Shown: positions 28,067 to 42,399, numbered from the stretch's first letter. The stretch is DNA of 64,000 nt from Octopus vulgaris (GCA_951406725.2 OX597837.1:8928001-8992000); one strand, 5' to 3'. A program made the numbers and translations. The notes: generated by a model not told the origin, from the letters alone.

Positions 28067-29255
28067 ATGTACATACATTACTAGCCTATATAAGTGGGTA
28101 TTTGTAAGATTAAGAATGAAATCTATGTTTATATTGAAACGAAAGAAAGCTGGGGGAAATATGAGGAACCATAGCACGAGGAGATGAACGAGAGAGTAAG
28201 AGAGAGTGAGAGAGAGGGGAGAAATGGAAAGAAGAAAACGATGAAAAGAGAAAGACTGAAGCAAAGTAGGACTGAATGAAGCGAAAGGACACGAAATAAC
28301 AGAGATCAGAGAGATATATGTCAAATTCGGAATCATAATTCTCGTATCCAATTATAACTCTGAAAATATGAAATAGTATGTACTATTTCTGGTTTCTCGA
28401 TTAGCACCCGCCGACTACGACGACACCAGGTTGAGGACGACGCTAGCGACAGCTAAGATGGCGGCCGCTACGCCGTCCATGACGTCGACGGCGACGCGTT
28501 TCTAGCACGGTTTTCATAAAAACACCACCATTACACGAAAGATGTCTGTCTGTTCGTCAACATGACAGCTTCGTTAATCCGCTACATAATTGAAAATCAG
28601 AATATTGGCTGCATTAAATCTAAAAATGAAAAGCGGGAACGGAATATGTCAGACCAATACCCATCAATACAACCCGCGTGTGTATATACGTATTTATACA
28701 TCGATGGATTTGTTATCGTTTCTTGTCTATTATCGTTGATATTTTTATTTCAATATTCTGCCATCACTCGCCGCTTGGTGACAAATATTGTTTAATTCCG
28801 TTGAGTAGATTTTAGCTGAGAATTACATAGTTCTCGTCTTATTGTTCTTTATTTTTCTTTCTTTAATTTTTCTTTCTTTTGCATTTTAATTTCCATATGA
28901 TTGGAAATTTTGACTGTGACATGTTCGAGATAAATAAAGCACAAATTACAAAATTCTCCATATGTATGTGTGTGTATATGTATGCGTGTATGTATATATG
29001 TATGTATATACATATACATATATAAATTTGTATGTGTGTGTGTGTGTGTGTTTGTGTGTATGTATATAAGTATGTATATACATATACATATATAAATTTG
29101 TATGTGTGTGTGTTTGTGTGTATGTATATATGTATGTATATGCATATACATATATAAATGTGTATGTATGTGTGTATTTTTGGTTGTACGTTTGTACGTG
29201 TGCTTCTTTCAGTGCATATCTTTTAAACACGCTCAGCACAAAAGTTATAGATAAA

Positions 29256-29580
29256 GTTCTATATTTAAGAGATGAGAAATTACGTGCATTATTTACATTC
29301 AACGGATATTTGTCTTAATCATGATTGTTGTTAACACAACGTTTCAGCTGATATACCTTCCTGCCTTATTCAGGTGTCTTGGGGAAATTTCGAGTCTGAG
29401 TTCTCATTGCTAAGGTATTTTTCGATGTTGTAATAATAATAATAATTATTATTATTATTCAGGTCACTGCTTGGAATCGAAATCGGAATCTTGGGGTTAG
29501 TAGCCCACGCTCTTAATCACTACGCCATATGCTCGTGGGCAATTATGGAGTGGATATTTTAGGGCTCATAAATCTAATAT
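29256..29580 (-). mobile_element. Composite element: tRNA-like Pol III head + (AAT)n + hammerhead-bearing tail
   Basis: Head 29532-29462 (TGGCGTAGTGATTAAG A box; GGG-CTACTAA-CCC anticodon-like arm; ATTTCGATTCC B box); HHR at 29378-29333; tail homologous to 54628-54752. Confidence 0.65.
29333..29378 (-). ncRNA. Decayed minimal hammerhead ribozyme
   Basis: Minus strand: GACAC-CTGAATA (core CTGANGA with one change)-A-GGCAG...CAGCT-GAAA-CG-TT-GTGTT. Confidence 0.6.
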
Positions 29581-29596
29581 TATAAATCTAATGTTT

Positions 29597-29958
29597 TTGG
29601 GGAAAGGGCCAGTCGATTAGATACACCCCAGTACGCAACTGGTACTTAATTTATCGACCCCAAAAGGAAGAAAGCTAAAGTCGACCTCGGTGGAATTTGA
29701 ACTCAGAACGTAAAGTCAGGCGAAATACCTATTTCTTTACTACCCAGAAGGGGCTAAACAATGAGAGGACAAACAAGGACAGACAAACGGATTAAGTCGA
29801 TTATATCGACCCCAGTGCGTAGCTAGTACTTATTTAATCGACCCCGAAAGGATGAAAGGCAAATTCGACCTCGGCGGAATTTGAACTCAGAACGTAGCGG
29901 CAGACGAAATACTACAAAGCATTTCGCCCGGCGTGCTAACGTTTCTGCAAGCTCGCCG
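29597..29958 (-). mobile_element. SINE-like family A, long form
   Basis: Near-identical to 9590-10000. Confidence 0.85.
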
Positions 29959-30234
29959 GCGTAACCAAACCAAATATCCGCATCCACATGCAACTCCCTT
30001 AACTAAAGAAATATTGTCGTTTTGTTAGCGAGCGGATGAATACTTTACAGAAGGACGTATACAAAACTCAAACAAAAATCACATATACATACGTACATAC
30101 ATAAGCATATATGCATTGTTAAATGATTATATACATACTCTCAAACACACAACACGCACACATATACACATACATACATACATACATGCATACATAGATA
30201 CATACATACATACATACATACATACATACATACA

Positions 30235-30270
<36 letters not shown>

Positions 30271-30331
30271 TATATATATGTATAATATATATATACTCAC
30301 ATACATATATACATTCATACGTATATATATT

Positions 30332-30368
<37 letters not shown>

Positions 30369-30850
30369 ATAGGCACACACATCTATGTATTTATGTACGA
30401 ATGCATGTATGTATGTATGTATGAATTTATATACGTATGTATGTATGAATGTATAGGTGTATGTATGTACATAATTCGCAGGTCAAACAAATTCTAAACA
30501 CTATATTCATGTCTGAATGTTCAATGTCTCTCGGTTCGCCATAGCATATATTCAGGGTCTAATATTTTATTATGCCATTTTCCTTCTCTGTACACTTGCC
30601 AAATCTTGTTTGTGAATCACCGACTGAGCGGAAGCTGCTATGCATTTATTTCACCAGTTTTTTTCCCCTCGCTGTGTAATCAGCTATTTTGGAAAGGAAC
30701 ACCTTAAAAGTCACAGCTATAATGTTAATCACAGATTCAAAAGCCTTCGGTTAACAGTTGTGGTACCGAATACATTTAACCCCAACAAAACATCAACTAC
30801 GTGTATATATTCCTGACACAAAAGTATACATACATACATACATACATACA

Positions 30851-30884
<34 letters not shown>

Positions 30885-30960
30885 CATACATACATGCATA
30901 CATATATACATACATACATACATATGTACATACATACATACATTAATACACACACACACG

Positions 30961-30996
<36 letters not shown>

Positions 30997-31078
30997 CATG
31001 ATTGTTTAAGTTCACTTCAATGAAAGTGAATACAGCCTTTCTGTGTGGGTTACCTGCTATCTTAAATATATATATATT

Positions 31079-31120
<42 letters not shown>

Positions 31121-31406
31121 TGTATATGTGTGTGTATACACCATATATGTTGACATAAATATGCATATACCTATATATATATTTCTATATATAAGATATA
31201 TATATGTATGTATATATATATATTTATACATATATATATGTACATATATACATTTATATATAAATACGTATATATATATATATATATATACGTATGTATA
31301 TATAAATGTAAATATGTACATATATATATATGTATAAATATATATATACACATACATATATATTCTTATATATAGAATTATATATAAGGTATATGCATAT
31401 TTATGT

Positions 31407-31442
<36 letters not shown>

Positions 31443-32554
31443 ATATATATATATATATTTACATACATACATATATATATATATATATTTACAATACACA
31501 TATGGCACACAGAATTGTTATGTATAAACATATTCATAACAATAAACATTAAGGAGAGAAACGTTATGTTTCACGGTCTATTTCCCTGGTTCTTCCTGGC
31601 ATGAATTGTAAGCTGTACACACATACACACACAGGCGCGTGCACATTAACTCGTATGTAGACACACACGTACCCATGCATATATCTGCATTGATGTATAA
31701 ACATCTACGGTGACACAAATATAAGTGTGTGTCACTGTGCGTATATAAATGTATACATGTATGTGTATGTATGTGTATATATATATATATGTATATATCC
31801 ATAAATATATACGTATGTATATATATATCTATATATATATATATATATTTAAGTGTGTGTATAAGTATGTATATATATATATGTATGTATTTAGGCATAT
31901 ATATATATGTATGAATTTATGCATATATATATATATATATATATGCATATATGTATATATGTAGACATACAAAGAAATATATTTATTGTATATGTGTGTG
32001 TATATACACCATATATGTGTATTGTAAATATATATATATATATAAGTGTATATATATATATGTGTGTGTGTATATATATATATGTGTGTATGTATGTGTT
32101 TATGCATGTATGTGTCAATAAATATAAGCATACGTGTACATACATTTAACTACACGTAGTAGTCATTGAGGAATCGCATAATGTTCAGTAAATAAAGTAC
32201 CATGTAAACCAATATAAAAATTTAAAGAAACAAGCGATCTTCGTGGATGATTGTACAGACATATAGAACCATTACTGGAATATAAAAACGCGAAAATATA
32301 AGTACAGGCTGGCATTTATATTGTATTGTACGAATCGATTATTCTTATTTATTTTTTTTTTCTCCTTTCCATTCAGTCAACAATGCGTAACATCCCGCTC
32401 CATTCCTTCTAACTTCAAGAAAAGAGGGGAAAAAACCACCGTATGAAAGACAAAATAACAATAGGGATACAAACGCACTGTCACTAATATCTATCAAACG
32501 GCCATATTGTACGGTATTTGCGATGGAAATACAAGCATAATTACATACATACAC

Positions 32555-32589
<35 letters not shown>

Positions 32590-32603
32590 TGTATATATAT
32601 ATG

Positions 32604-32636
<33 letters not shown>

Positions 32637-33130
32637 GTATGTATATATATATATATACATATATGTATATATATATACATATAAATATATTATGTATGAA
32701 CATGTAGGTATATATATATATATATATGCAACACAGATATGTATACATATATATACATGTGTGTGTGTTTGTATGTGTGTGTGTGGTGTGTGTGTATGTA
32801 GGTTTATAATTAATGTTTCGTAAAGAGAACTCAATGCTAATTTCCAGCGAATGTTATATATTTATTAATAGAGAGAATATTAGAAATATTAGTTTCGCTC
32901 TATCGCAGCTCTAAAGGTAATGTATGCTGAGGTCTATTATTCTGCTGTACATATATTGATACTTAAAAACAGAATGAAGCCAAAACATTGTGCTTCTTTG
33001 GTGGTGAATATGATTTGTAATTCGTGTATATGCATTGCATACTTCCAAACAGAGATTTAGACAAACAAGTGGAAATATAGATGTACAAAGACGTGTATAT
33101 GCGTACAACATATATATATGCAAATATTTA

Positions 33131-33176
<46 letters not shown>

Positions 33177-33340
33177 ATTATATGTATTTACACACACAGA
33201 CATATATATATATACATATATATAGGTACTTATGTATTTGTATATGTATATGTCTATACACATACACACATATAAACATATATATATATGTGTACTTATA
33301 TGTTTTAATATAAATATTAATGGACACACACACAAACGCA

Positions 33341-33376
<36 letters not shown>

Positions 33377-33379
33377 TAT

Positions 33380-33636
33380 ATTCCTTTATTCTTTTATGTG
33401 TTTCAGTCATTTGACTGCGGCCATGCTGGAGCACCGCTTTTAGTCGAACAACTCGAACCCAGGACTTATTCTTTGTAAGTCTAGTACTTTTTCTATCGGT
33501 CCCTTTTACCGAACCGCTAAGTTTCGAGGACGTAAAAACATCAGCATCGCTTGTCAAACAGAAAGATACAAGCACACACATATATACAACGGGCTTCTTT
33601 CAGTTTCCGTCTACAAGATCCCTTCACAAGGCTTTG
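33380..33636 (-). mobile_element. SINE family B, 5'-truncated
   Basis: Reverse complement of the adjacent copy at 33767-34199. Confidence 0.8.
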
Positions 33637-33766
33637 GCAGTGAAAAGTTGGTAAATGTTAGGTTAGTTACGGAGTACCATGACTACGGAGAGAGTCTACA
33701 ATATGCTTACTATCCTTCCTTTCGCACCTAACTGTGGGTTGGATAGAAATTTTTACATAACATATA

Positions 33767-33937
33767 GGCGCAGGAGTGGCTGTGTGGTAAGTAGCTTGTT
33801 TACCAACCACATGGTTCCGGGTTCAGTCCCACTGCGTGGCACCTTGGGTAATTGTCTTCTACTGTAGCCTCCGGCCGACCTAGGTCTTGTGAGTGGATTT
33901 GGTAGACGGAAACTGAAAGAAGCCCGTCGTATACATG

Positions 33938-33970
<33 letters not shown>

Positions 33971-34199
33971 GCGTGTGTATGTTTGTTTGTCTGTGTTTGT
34001 CCCCCCCCCCAACATCGCTTGACAACCAATGCTGGTGTGTTTACGTACCTGTAAATTAGCGGTTCGGCAAAAGAGACCGATAGAATAAGTACTGGGCTTA
34101 CAAAAGAATAAGTTCCGGGGGTCGAGTTGCTCGATTAAAGGCGGTGCTCCAGCATGGCCGCAGTCAAATGACTGAAACAAGTAAAAGAGTAAAAGAGAG
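33767..34199 (+). mobile_element. SINE family B, full length (tRNA-like head, CORE-like ACCTTGGGYAA segment, internal microsatellite, GTAAAAGA tail)
   Basis: GGCGCAGGAGTGGCTGTGTGGTAAG...GGTTCAGTCCC head; more than 12 copies in the window. Confidence 0.88.
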
Positions 34200-34766
34200 T
34201 AACTCAGTCATGAATGTGCGATTGTCCATAATTTGTGCAGTGGAAACAAATTTTTAAACAGTGACAAAAACCACAAAAATCCCTTGGTTTTATAAAAATT
34301 TAATTTTGCGGTGTATGATGCACTTATGGAGATATTCCTCTCTCCTCGGTATAAATCTTTATTTTGTTACATATTTCGTTTTATTTAGAACATGTTTATA
34401 TTTTTGCATTTTTCTCATATCTTTTCCTGGATCAAAAATGTGAACTTAATTGAAATATTTTGAAAGAGAGATTAAATCACCATGATTGACCTTACCTTTC
34501 TTTCAAACGGAAAATTCCTAGATGCCTAACGGTTATCTGTTATAGTTTTCCGGTGTAAATAAGGGATGGTTTCATTGATTAAAATAGCAAGGATGGAATC
34601 GAGAAAGGCGGAATGATGAAAGGAATGAAACGAGAACGTATATCCAATATCCAGTGCTTGCAGAGGTGTACATACGGATATACGAACTACCAGAGAGAAA
34701 CATTTAAGTACTTGTATATATATATATATATATATATATACAAAATTTAGAGGAATGACCACTTTC

Positions 34767-34800
<34 letters not shown>

Positions 34801-35103
34801 TTCTTATGTTTCTCTGTGTTAGTACGTATATCCTATACACACACATGCGCACACAAATAAGCACATACATGCACAATATACATCACCTTTTCATATATGC
34901 ATACACAGACCTCGACAGTAGCTTTTTCCAAGACTATCCTTACACTTTTAATTTAGTGTTCAAAGGCATTCATCAGTCCACTCGTAGATTCGCATCTAAT
35001 TCTGGAACTCTAATACCATTTCATCCTTGGAACCGGTGCTAACTACTTATTTATCAATTCCCACAATCTTGAAGAACGAAGGTCGAATTAAAGCCCAATG
35101 TAT

Positions 35104-35134
<31 letters not shown>

Positions 35135-35554
35135 TAACACACACTATATACATATACATTATGTTTATATATATATATATATATATGCGTGTGTGTATAA
35201 ATAATATCTATATCAACACTGCGTAACTTATTAAATTCTTTAGTAGATAATATCTCTTCTATGTAAAATATATTTCAAAAGAAATTATCACTCTTCCAGT
35301 TTATACACGCACACACATACACACACAAATACACAAGCACGCACGCTTGCATTTATATACAAACTGTCGCAGATGTTGCTGTATGTATATGTGTATATTT
35401 TTGCATGTAACACACGTACAAACAAATCTATACGCTCATGCGTATACTGTGTCTTTATTTGATTTGCAAATGTGAATTGTGTTTTTCAAGCAGATATTTC
35501 ATCTTGGTTGTACCATTTTCCCAGTAAACGACATGCACCGTTTCTATTTTACTA

Positions 35555-35622
<68 letters not shown>

Positions 35623-35670
35623 CATTATTATTATTATTATCATTATATTATTATTATTATTATTATTATT

Positions 35671-35714
<44 letters not shown>

Positions 35715-36131
35715 TAGGGGTTCACAGCCATTTTTTATTTGTGGACCTCGTTTATTCCTAGTTTATTCTGGTGGGCCTCCATAGTCATACGATGTCTAAA
35801 ACCTTCAAAATTCCTATTTTGCTTTACTCGCATAATTGGTATAGGTGGTACTATGTAAAATATTAGAGAAAGAAACCTAGCAGTCTTTTTCAATACTTAC
35901 CCATACATACATACATACATACATACATACATACATACATACATACATACATGCATACATACATACATTCATACATACATACATACAAACATACACACAT
36001 ACAAAGAAATACTTTTTCAGCGGTCACTTAAAATAGTACTGTGGTGCCCAGATGTCCTATTTTCTTGCGTGAATCCCAAAAATATTCTATGGACCTTCAA
36101 GAGCCACATGAACCTTGGTCAAGAACCACTG
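35715..36131. mobile_element. Decayed hAT/Charlie-like MITE
   Basis: Ends TAGGGGTTCACAGCC ... GGTCAAGAACCACTG resemble CAGKGGTTCTCAACC TIRs; no target-site duplication visible. Confidence 0.5.
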
Positions 36132-36169
36132 AGTTAAATAATTAATTGCTGTAATGCTTTGATGAATGA

Positions 36170-36480
36170 ATCAATTCCCTTATGTGGAAGGCTACTTGTA
36201 CCACCATTCTCGACTTCCGTTATTAATAACGTACCCTGGTTGCTCGATATATGTTTCGAGGTACGCAAACTAGAATTGGGATATATCATGTTCCGCGGAC
36301 CGGAAGTAAATGGAATGATCTGAAAGTGTTCATGAAGGGTGAAAATATTTATGAGTTTCTTACATGTTTTTTGCATATAAGACAGATAAATATTTGGGAC
36401 TATTTCAAAAATATTGGCAAACGTAACCCATATTTAGAGAAACAAACTGATAATGTTCTTGGTATATTTGAAAATTAACT
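36170..36480 (+). pseudogene. Possible decayed L1/Tx1-like ORF2 C-terminal fragment
   Basis: Broken frames LMWK..YHHSRLP and ENIYEFLTC..IRQINIWD loosely match the ORF2 zinc-knuckle region. Confidence 0.3.
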
Positions 36481-37121
36481 TTTCCTAGAAATTATTTAGC
36501 ACAATCTATATTCTCTGGCAAATTTTCCAAAGTATGAATCTATTGCTTAAACAATTTTAGTGTTAATATAAAACTGAATGTTTTTTTCTCTCAATATTTG
36601 ACCTTCTTCCAGGATATGGCCAAATAAATATGGAGAAGATACACTATTTCAACAAGTTGGTATTCGAAAATACATACCAAGGGATAGAAGCCATTTAGAT
36701 TGTAGATGTGTATAATTGTCTCCAGTTGTGGTAGAATCTTACGTTTGAACTGCTAACATTCACCTATGAATAGTCTGTTCGAGAGGCTTTGCACATTGAT
36801 TTTTTTTAAAGAATTTTATTGTGTGTTGGTTGTGAAAAGCCAAACACAAGTCGATTGGTACAATCACGTGCCAACCTATGCTTAACAAATCACGTTTGAT
36901 AGCCATTATTCAATTTGTCCTTAATTGTCATGTTTTATGAGAGAGATTTTATTCATATTTCTATCAGATCGATAGGTCATATCGAGCCGAGCTTGTTTTT
37001 TCTCAGTGCTACGCACCAATACCTGCGCTTGTTGTATTGTAGAGTGAAACAGAATTGATTTATAATTTACAAGAGTTATTACTGGATTTTAGTTTAATTT
37101 TAAGTCCGATAAGTGAATATA

Positions 37122-37449
<328 letters not shown>

Positions 37450-37470
37450 TATATATAGATGTATATATAT

Positions 37471-37620
37471 ATTGGGTTGGTGCATAATCATTGCGGCTTT
37501 TTTCCAACAAATTCTATTCTACAAAAACAATAACAACATGTAGCAAAAACATCTTTAAATGATTATTCCCGACCATATTCACCATCAACTTTACACAAAA
37601 CATTTAGGCAGTTTTTTTTA
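37471..37620 (-). mobile_element. mariner transposon 3' end remnant
   Basis: TIR ATTGGGTTGGTGCATAATCATTGCGGCTTTTT resembles the Hsmar1/cecropia-type TIR; the minus strand reads KLPKC..VDGEY, like the mariner transposase C-terminus. Confidence 0.6.
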
Positions 37621-38383
37621 ATAGGATTCCCAATGGCTATGAGGGTTAACCCGAATAAAATATGAATCGAAGGGGATCAATAAGCGAAAAATAGATGAAA
37701 ATCACTAGTATACTATATCAGAGATTACATTCCACTAGGTGCACATGGAGCTTCCTTTATTAGAGACAGTAAGTTTGGTATAATATTAATTAAGCTGCTA
37801 TTTCACGCAATGCGAGCATCCACGTATAGCAGTGCAAGGGTTTTACTTTACTGTTAGAGAGCTGACGTGTTTGTGTATAATTACATGTGGGGACGCATTA
37901 GTGCTGTGAAAAATGATGAAACTTTAAATTTATAAATTCATAAGTATGCAAATGATCACAACTAAACAACATTAATTAAACAGTTTTAATGCATTCGTAA
38001 TTAACTCGACAGTTATAATGCTTTAAAACACCGACGCACCAAAAGCTGCTGCCGAGCAAAATGTCTAAAATTATCAATGGTGGGGAGAGAGAGAAAAGGT
38101 GTCTGGTTCTACTTTCTATCTTTATTTCTTTGGAAATCTCAAACCTGTTAGATGAGGCTGATGATGCTGCAATCAGCAATTTTTGCTTGTTTTGCAAGAT
38201 TTTTTCTTGTCTGAAAGCCTCGCACACAGGTAGTTGTTAAGTAAATTTTTGTTTCTTTATTTTTTATTTGAAATATTTATTAGGAGTCAAATATTTAGTA
38301 AAACTATTTTAGCAACTGTCTTTACTTAAAATAAATACACACACACACACATATATATATATACATATATATATATACATATA

Positions 38384-38445
<62 letters not shown>

Positions 38446-38543
38446 TATATATATATATATATATATACATGTATACATACATATATACATACCCATATAT
38501 TTTTTCCTCCGTCTTCCCTTCTCTGGATCTTTCCTTCTCCTAT

Positions 38544-38578
38544 GTTTCCGACGAAGAGCTCCGCTCGTAACGTTAAAC
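38544..38578 (+). ncRNA. Decayed minimal hammerhead in a short unit (38498-38683) flanked by (TA)n
   Basis: GTTT-CCGACGA-A-GAGC(TCC)GCTC-GTAA-CG-TT-AAAC; combined with 21196-21230 the consensus is an intact core. Confidence 0.65.
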
Positions 38579-38677
38579 CCTCCTTCTTTCCTTCCTTCCT
38601 GAGAGTCCAATAATACTATATTTGTTCCACGTCCTCGCGTTGTTGTGTTTTCTCTTTGTGTTTTCATGTTTGGATTA

Positions 38678-38714
<37 letters not shown>

Positions 38715-38854
38715 ACACACACATACTGTTGTGTGGACGCCCCCAGACAATGAAGCAGGCTAGCCCAATACGTAGATATAGAGGGAGAAGTCTAGACGTC
38801 AGGGTAGAGAGCAGGAGTAGAGGAGAATAGTGTTGAGTAGAGGTCATCCAGGCT

Positions 38855-39300
38855 CACTGTAGTCAACTTACCCCCTCACCCGGAATTGCTGGCCTTGTAC
38901 GAACATTTGAAATCAATACTAGCAGGGGACTTAAGCGACTAGCTGGCAAATTTGTTAAGCACGCGAGGGAAAATACTAAGCGGCATTTTGCCCGACTTTA
39001 CGCTCTGAGTTCAAATTCTGCCATGGTCGACTTTGCAGTTCATCCTTTCGCGGTCGATAAAATAAGTAGCATTTGGGCACTTGAGTCGATGTAATGCCAA
39101 AATTTAAAACCAATATTATCAGGGTAAAAGACAGCGATCTGGCAGCATCGTTAGCAAGCCGGAAAAAATGCTTAACGAACAAACTCTTCGAGATACATAC
39201 GTACCTAGATTAATTAGGTCGAGTATTTGTAGGTCGACTTTGCTCTTCGTCCATTGTGGTCGATAAAGTAAGTACCAGTTGCGTAGTGGAGTCTATGTAA
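38855..39300 (+). mobile_element. Cluster of decayed family A fragments (another at 39800-39966, minus strand)
   Basis: Partial matches to the family A head and tail. Confidence 0.65.
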
Positions 39301-39353
39301 ATAAGTGAGGCCTTGTAGCTATAGAAGAAAGGAATATTAGTAGAAAGAAACAG

Positions 39354-39735
39354 GCTTAGGAGTGGCTGAGTGTTAAGTAGCTTGTTACGTTCACATGGTT
39401 CCGGGTTTAGTCCCACTGCGTGGCACCTTCGGCGAGTGTCCTCTACTATAGCCTCCTCGGGCCGACCAAAGCCTTGTGAGTGGATTTGGTGGACGGAAAC
39501 TGAAAGAAGCCTCTTATGTGTGTGTATATGCTTGTTTGTCCCACCAACATCGCTTGACAACCGATGCTGGTGTGTTTACGTACCCGTCACTAAGCGGTTC
39601 TGCAAAATGGACCGATAGAATATCTACTAGGCTTACAAAGAATAAGTCCTGGAGTCGATTTGCTCGACTAAAGGCGGTGCTCCATCATGGCCACAGTCAA
39701 ATGATTGAAACAAGTAAAAGAATAAAAAAGTAAAA
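39354..39735 (+). mobile_element. SINE family B, full length
   Basis: Collinear with 33767-34199. Confidence 0.85.
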
Positions 39736-40994
39736 GCGCTTATGAATTGTTCCGAATTCTCCTGAACGGTGAATGTTTTGTTACATTCCATACTTTGCTA
39801 ATCAATTACCTCGGCCCCAGTGCTCAAATGGTATTCATTTTATGGACCCCGAAAAGAAGAAAAGCAAGCGACGTCGTCTTGGCGGCATTTGTACACAAAA
39901 CCTGAAGGGGGACGAAAAGCCGCTAAGGGTTTTGTCTGGTGTACTAGCGATTCTACCAGCTCACCTCCTTAGATGTGGACATAATTATTTTTTGAAATAA
40001 AACAATGACACCTTATTGTGTTAAATTACTGACTGGTCGTATATTGTCTTTAATAAAAGAATTCCTTTCGCATTTCAACGGCAGTAGCTGCACCGTCCAA
40101 AAGTATATCGTTAAAGTTTTTAGTGGAGTAAACAGAAACCACTTCAGCCGTCCTCAGAAAATATATTAAAAATACCTTTTCCACTGCCAGTCCCAGGTAT
40201 CGATTTTAAAGCGTGTAAATATTTGCGTACCGCAAATTTGTTCCATATCTAATGCAGAAATATCATCAACCACGATGCATCTTTTCTCGTCTGTATGTTG
40301 TCTCGTCTCCACATATCAAATATAACACAAAATCCGTTGCTGTTTGTTTCGAGGGTACCGTATTTTAGATGATAAGTAACCGTCTTCCGCGAGGAATTAA
40401 TATTCTTGGACAATATCACATTTTCTGTTGTTGAAAATATCTTACAGTAAAATCTTTGCCAGCTTTCTTCAGTTTTTCATTAGTTGTAGACTTTACAGAA
40501 GAGTAGAGCTCGCTGCCTTGTTCTTTACGAAATTGATTTAAAATCTTTAATAAAAATAGAGAAACCGACCGTAAATTTCGCCGGTGTTGCAAATTATTGA
40601 ACTTAATTTTTAATGACGCAAGCGACAACTAGCCTAGACGAAACCTAAAATCGCACTCAATATTCCTCACCATTAACAATATTAAATAAGACACAAGACA
40701 TGCCCTCAAACAAGAAATGAATATAGAAGAGAATAAAGTTTAAATTCTAATTGACTGTAATAAAAGACAGACTGCTACGTAATCAATTAATATGTATTTC
40801 GACTCGTAGTTAATAATGTCCTTCTTCTACGCAGTATGGCTAACATGAAGATGATTATATGCGATTCTACAGAAACCAGCATCAACTGAATCAAATCTTT
40901 GTGACCTTAAGATGTTAGAATGTGCATTGAAGGCATTTTGTAAGTGAATGTTCTTAGATTTGAATAAATACTAACAGTTTCCAATATCTGATGT

Positions 40995-41325
40995 AGCGTA
41001 TTTGTTTGTCCGTGGACAAAATATCTCAAGAACCGCTGGATAGATTCGGATGAAATTTTCAGAGATATTTGGCCACGTGTCTGGCACGAACTGATTAGAT
41101 TTTGGGATCGATCCGGTTCGGGACAAGGATTCTAGATTACTTTTTCTGTTTTTTTTCTTTTTTACTTAATTTTTGAGAGCGGTCGTGTTCATTTTTAGTA
41201 TTCTCGTTTGTGAGAGCAGTCGAGTTTATTTCAGATATCTCAATTTAAAAAACCGTCTCTGGATAATCGTTGAGAGGACGTTGTTGTTGCCTTAACGGAG
41301 GTTTGCGCTCTCTGAATGCTCTTGT
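40995..41325 (+). mobile_element. Non-autonomous Helentron/DINE-like element
   Basis: TTTGTTTGTCCGT...ATCTCAAGAACCGCTGGATAGATTCGGATGAAATTTT near the start and CGGAGGTTTGCGCTCTCTGAATGCTCTTGTT at the end, as typical of HINE/DINE-type elements. Confidence 0.6.
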
Positions 41326-41341
41326 TAATATTGTTTAACAA

Positions 41342-41523
41342 GCGCAGGATTGGCTGTGTGGTAAGAAGTTTGCTTACCAACCAATTGGTTCCAGATTCAG
41401 TTCCACAGTGTGGAACCTTGGGCAAGTCACTTCTACTATAGCCTCAGGCTGACCAAAGCCTTGTGAGTGGTTTTGGTAGAGGGAAACTGAAAGAAACCCA
41501 TGATATATACATATGTATGTGTG

Positions 41524-41576
<53 letters not shown>

Positions 41577-41775
41577 ATGCATCTATGTTTGTCTCCCCAC
41601 CATCACTTGACAACTGATGTTGCTGTGTTTACGTTCACGTAACTTATCGGTTCGGCAAAAGATACCGATAGAATAAGTTCTAGGCTTACAAAGAATAAGT
41701 CGTGGTGTCGATTTGTTCGACTAAAGGCGGTGCGGCCGCCTGGCCGCAGTCAGATGACTGAAACACGTAAAACAA
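41342..41775 (+). mobile_element. SINE family B, full length
   Basis: Collinear with 33767-34199; contains CCTTGGGCAAGTCACTT (CORE-like). Confidence 0.85.
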
Positions 41776-42345
41776 AAGAAAATATAAAAGGAAAAACACT
41801 GCGTGTGTATGCGATTTCCGCAGTTATAGTAGAGAACGCATACCCAAGTGTCAGGCACTCGGATTGAACTCAGAACGAAGTTACTGCAAGATCTGGTTCT
41901 TGACAATTAAGCCATGCGTGTACTTATTTTGTAAAGCAAAGTAAGTAACACAAATTATGGTTGATTTGCTCTCAGACACCGTGTCATTTCTAACACCATA
42001 GACATCGCCAAAAATCGCGCCTATCACATGCTTTCTGACCCTGTGTTATATTAACTGTTAAGCGCTCCCACTTCGCCTGCAGCTTACATGAACTAATTCG
42101 ACAGAAAATTTGGCTGCTCTTTCTTGCATATAGCTTGTTGCTCCGGTCCACATTAATATTAATGTATTGGTGTTTTGGGTCATATTGTTTTTTAAAGTCT
42201 TCGCTGTTCCTGGAGACATTTCAAGTGAAGTCTGGCTTTATCTAAACCTGGAAACTTTGCCAGATTTTTGGTTTTTTCGACTACTGTATTGCTGTCCTGC
42301 AAAAATAATACTGTTATTCTTATTGTCATTGCTATAGGTCTTATC

Positions 42346-42399
<54 letters not shown>

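Noticed and set aside
38110-38235. Possible host exon (AG...GT) and CTGATGA-TGCTG/CAGCA hairpin
   Set aside because: Weak donor, no recognisable peptide, and the hairpin is not followed by GAAA
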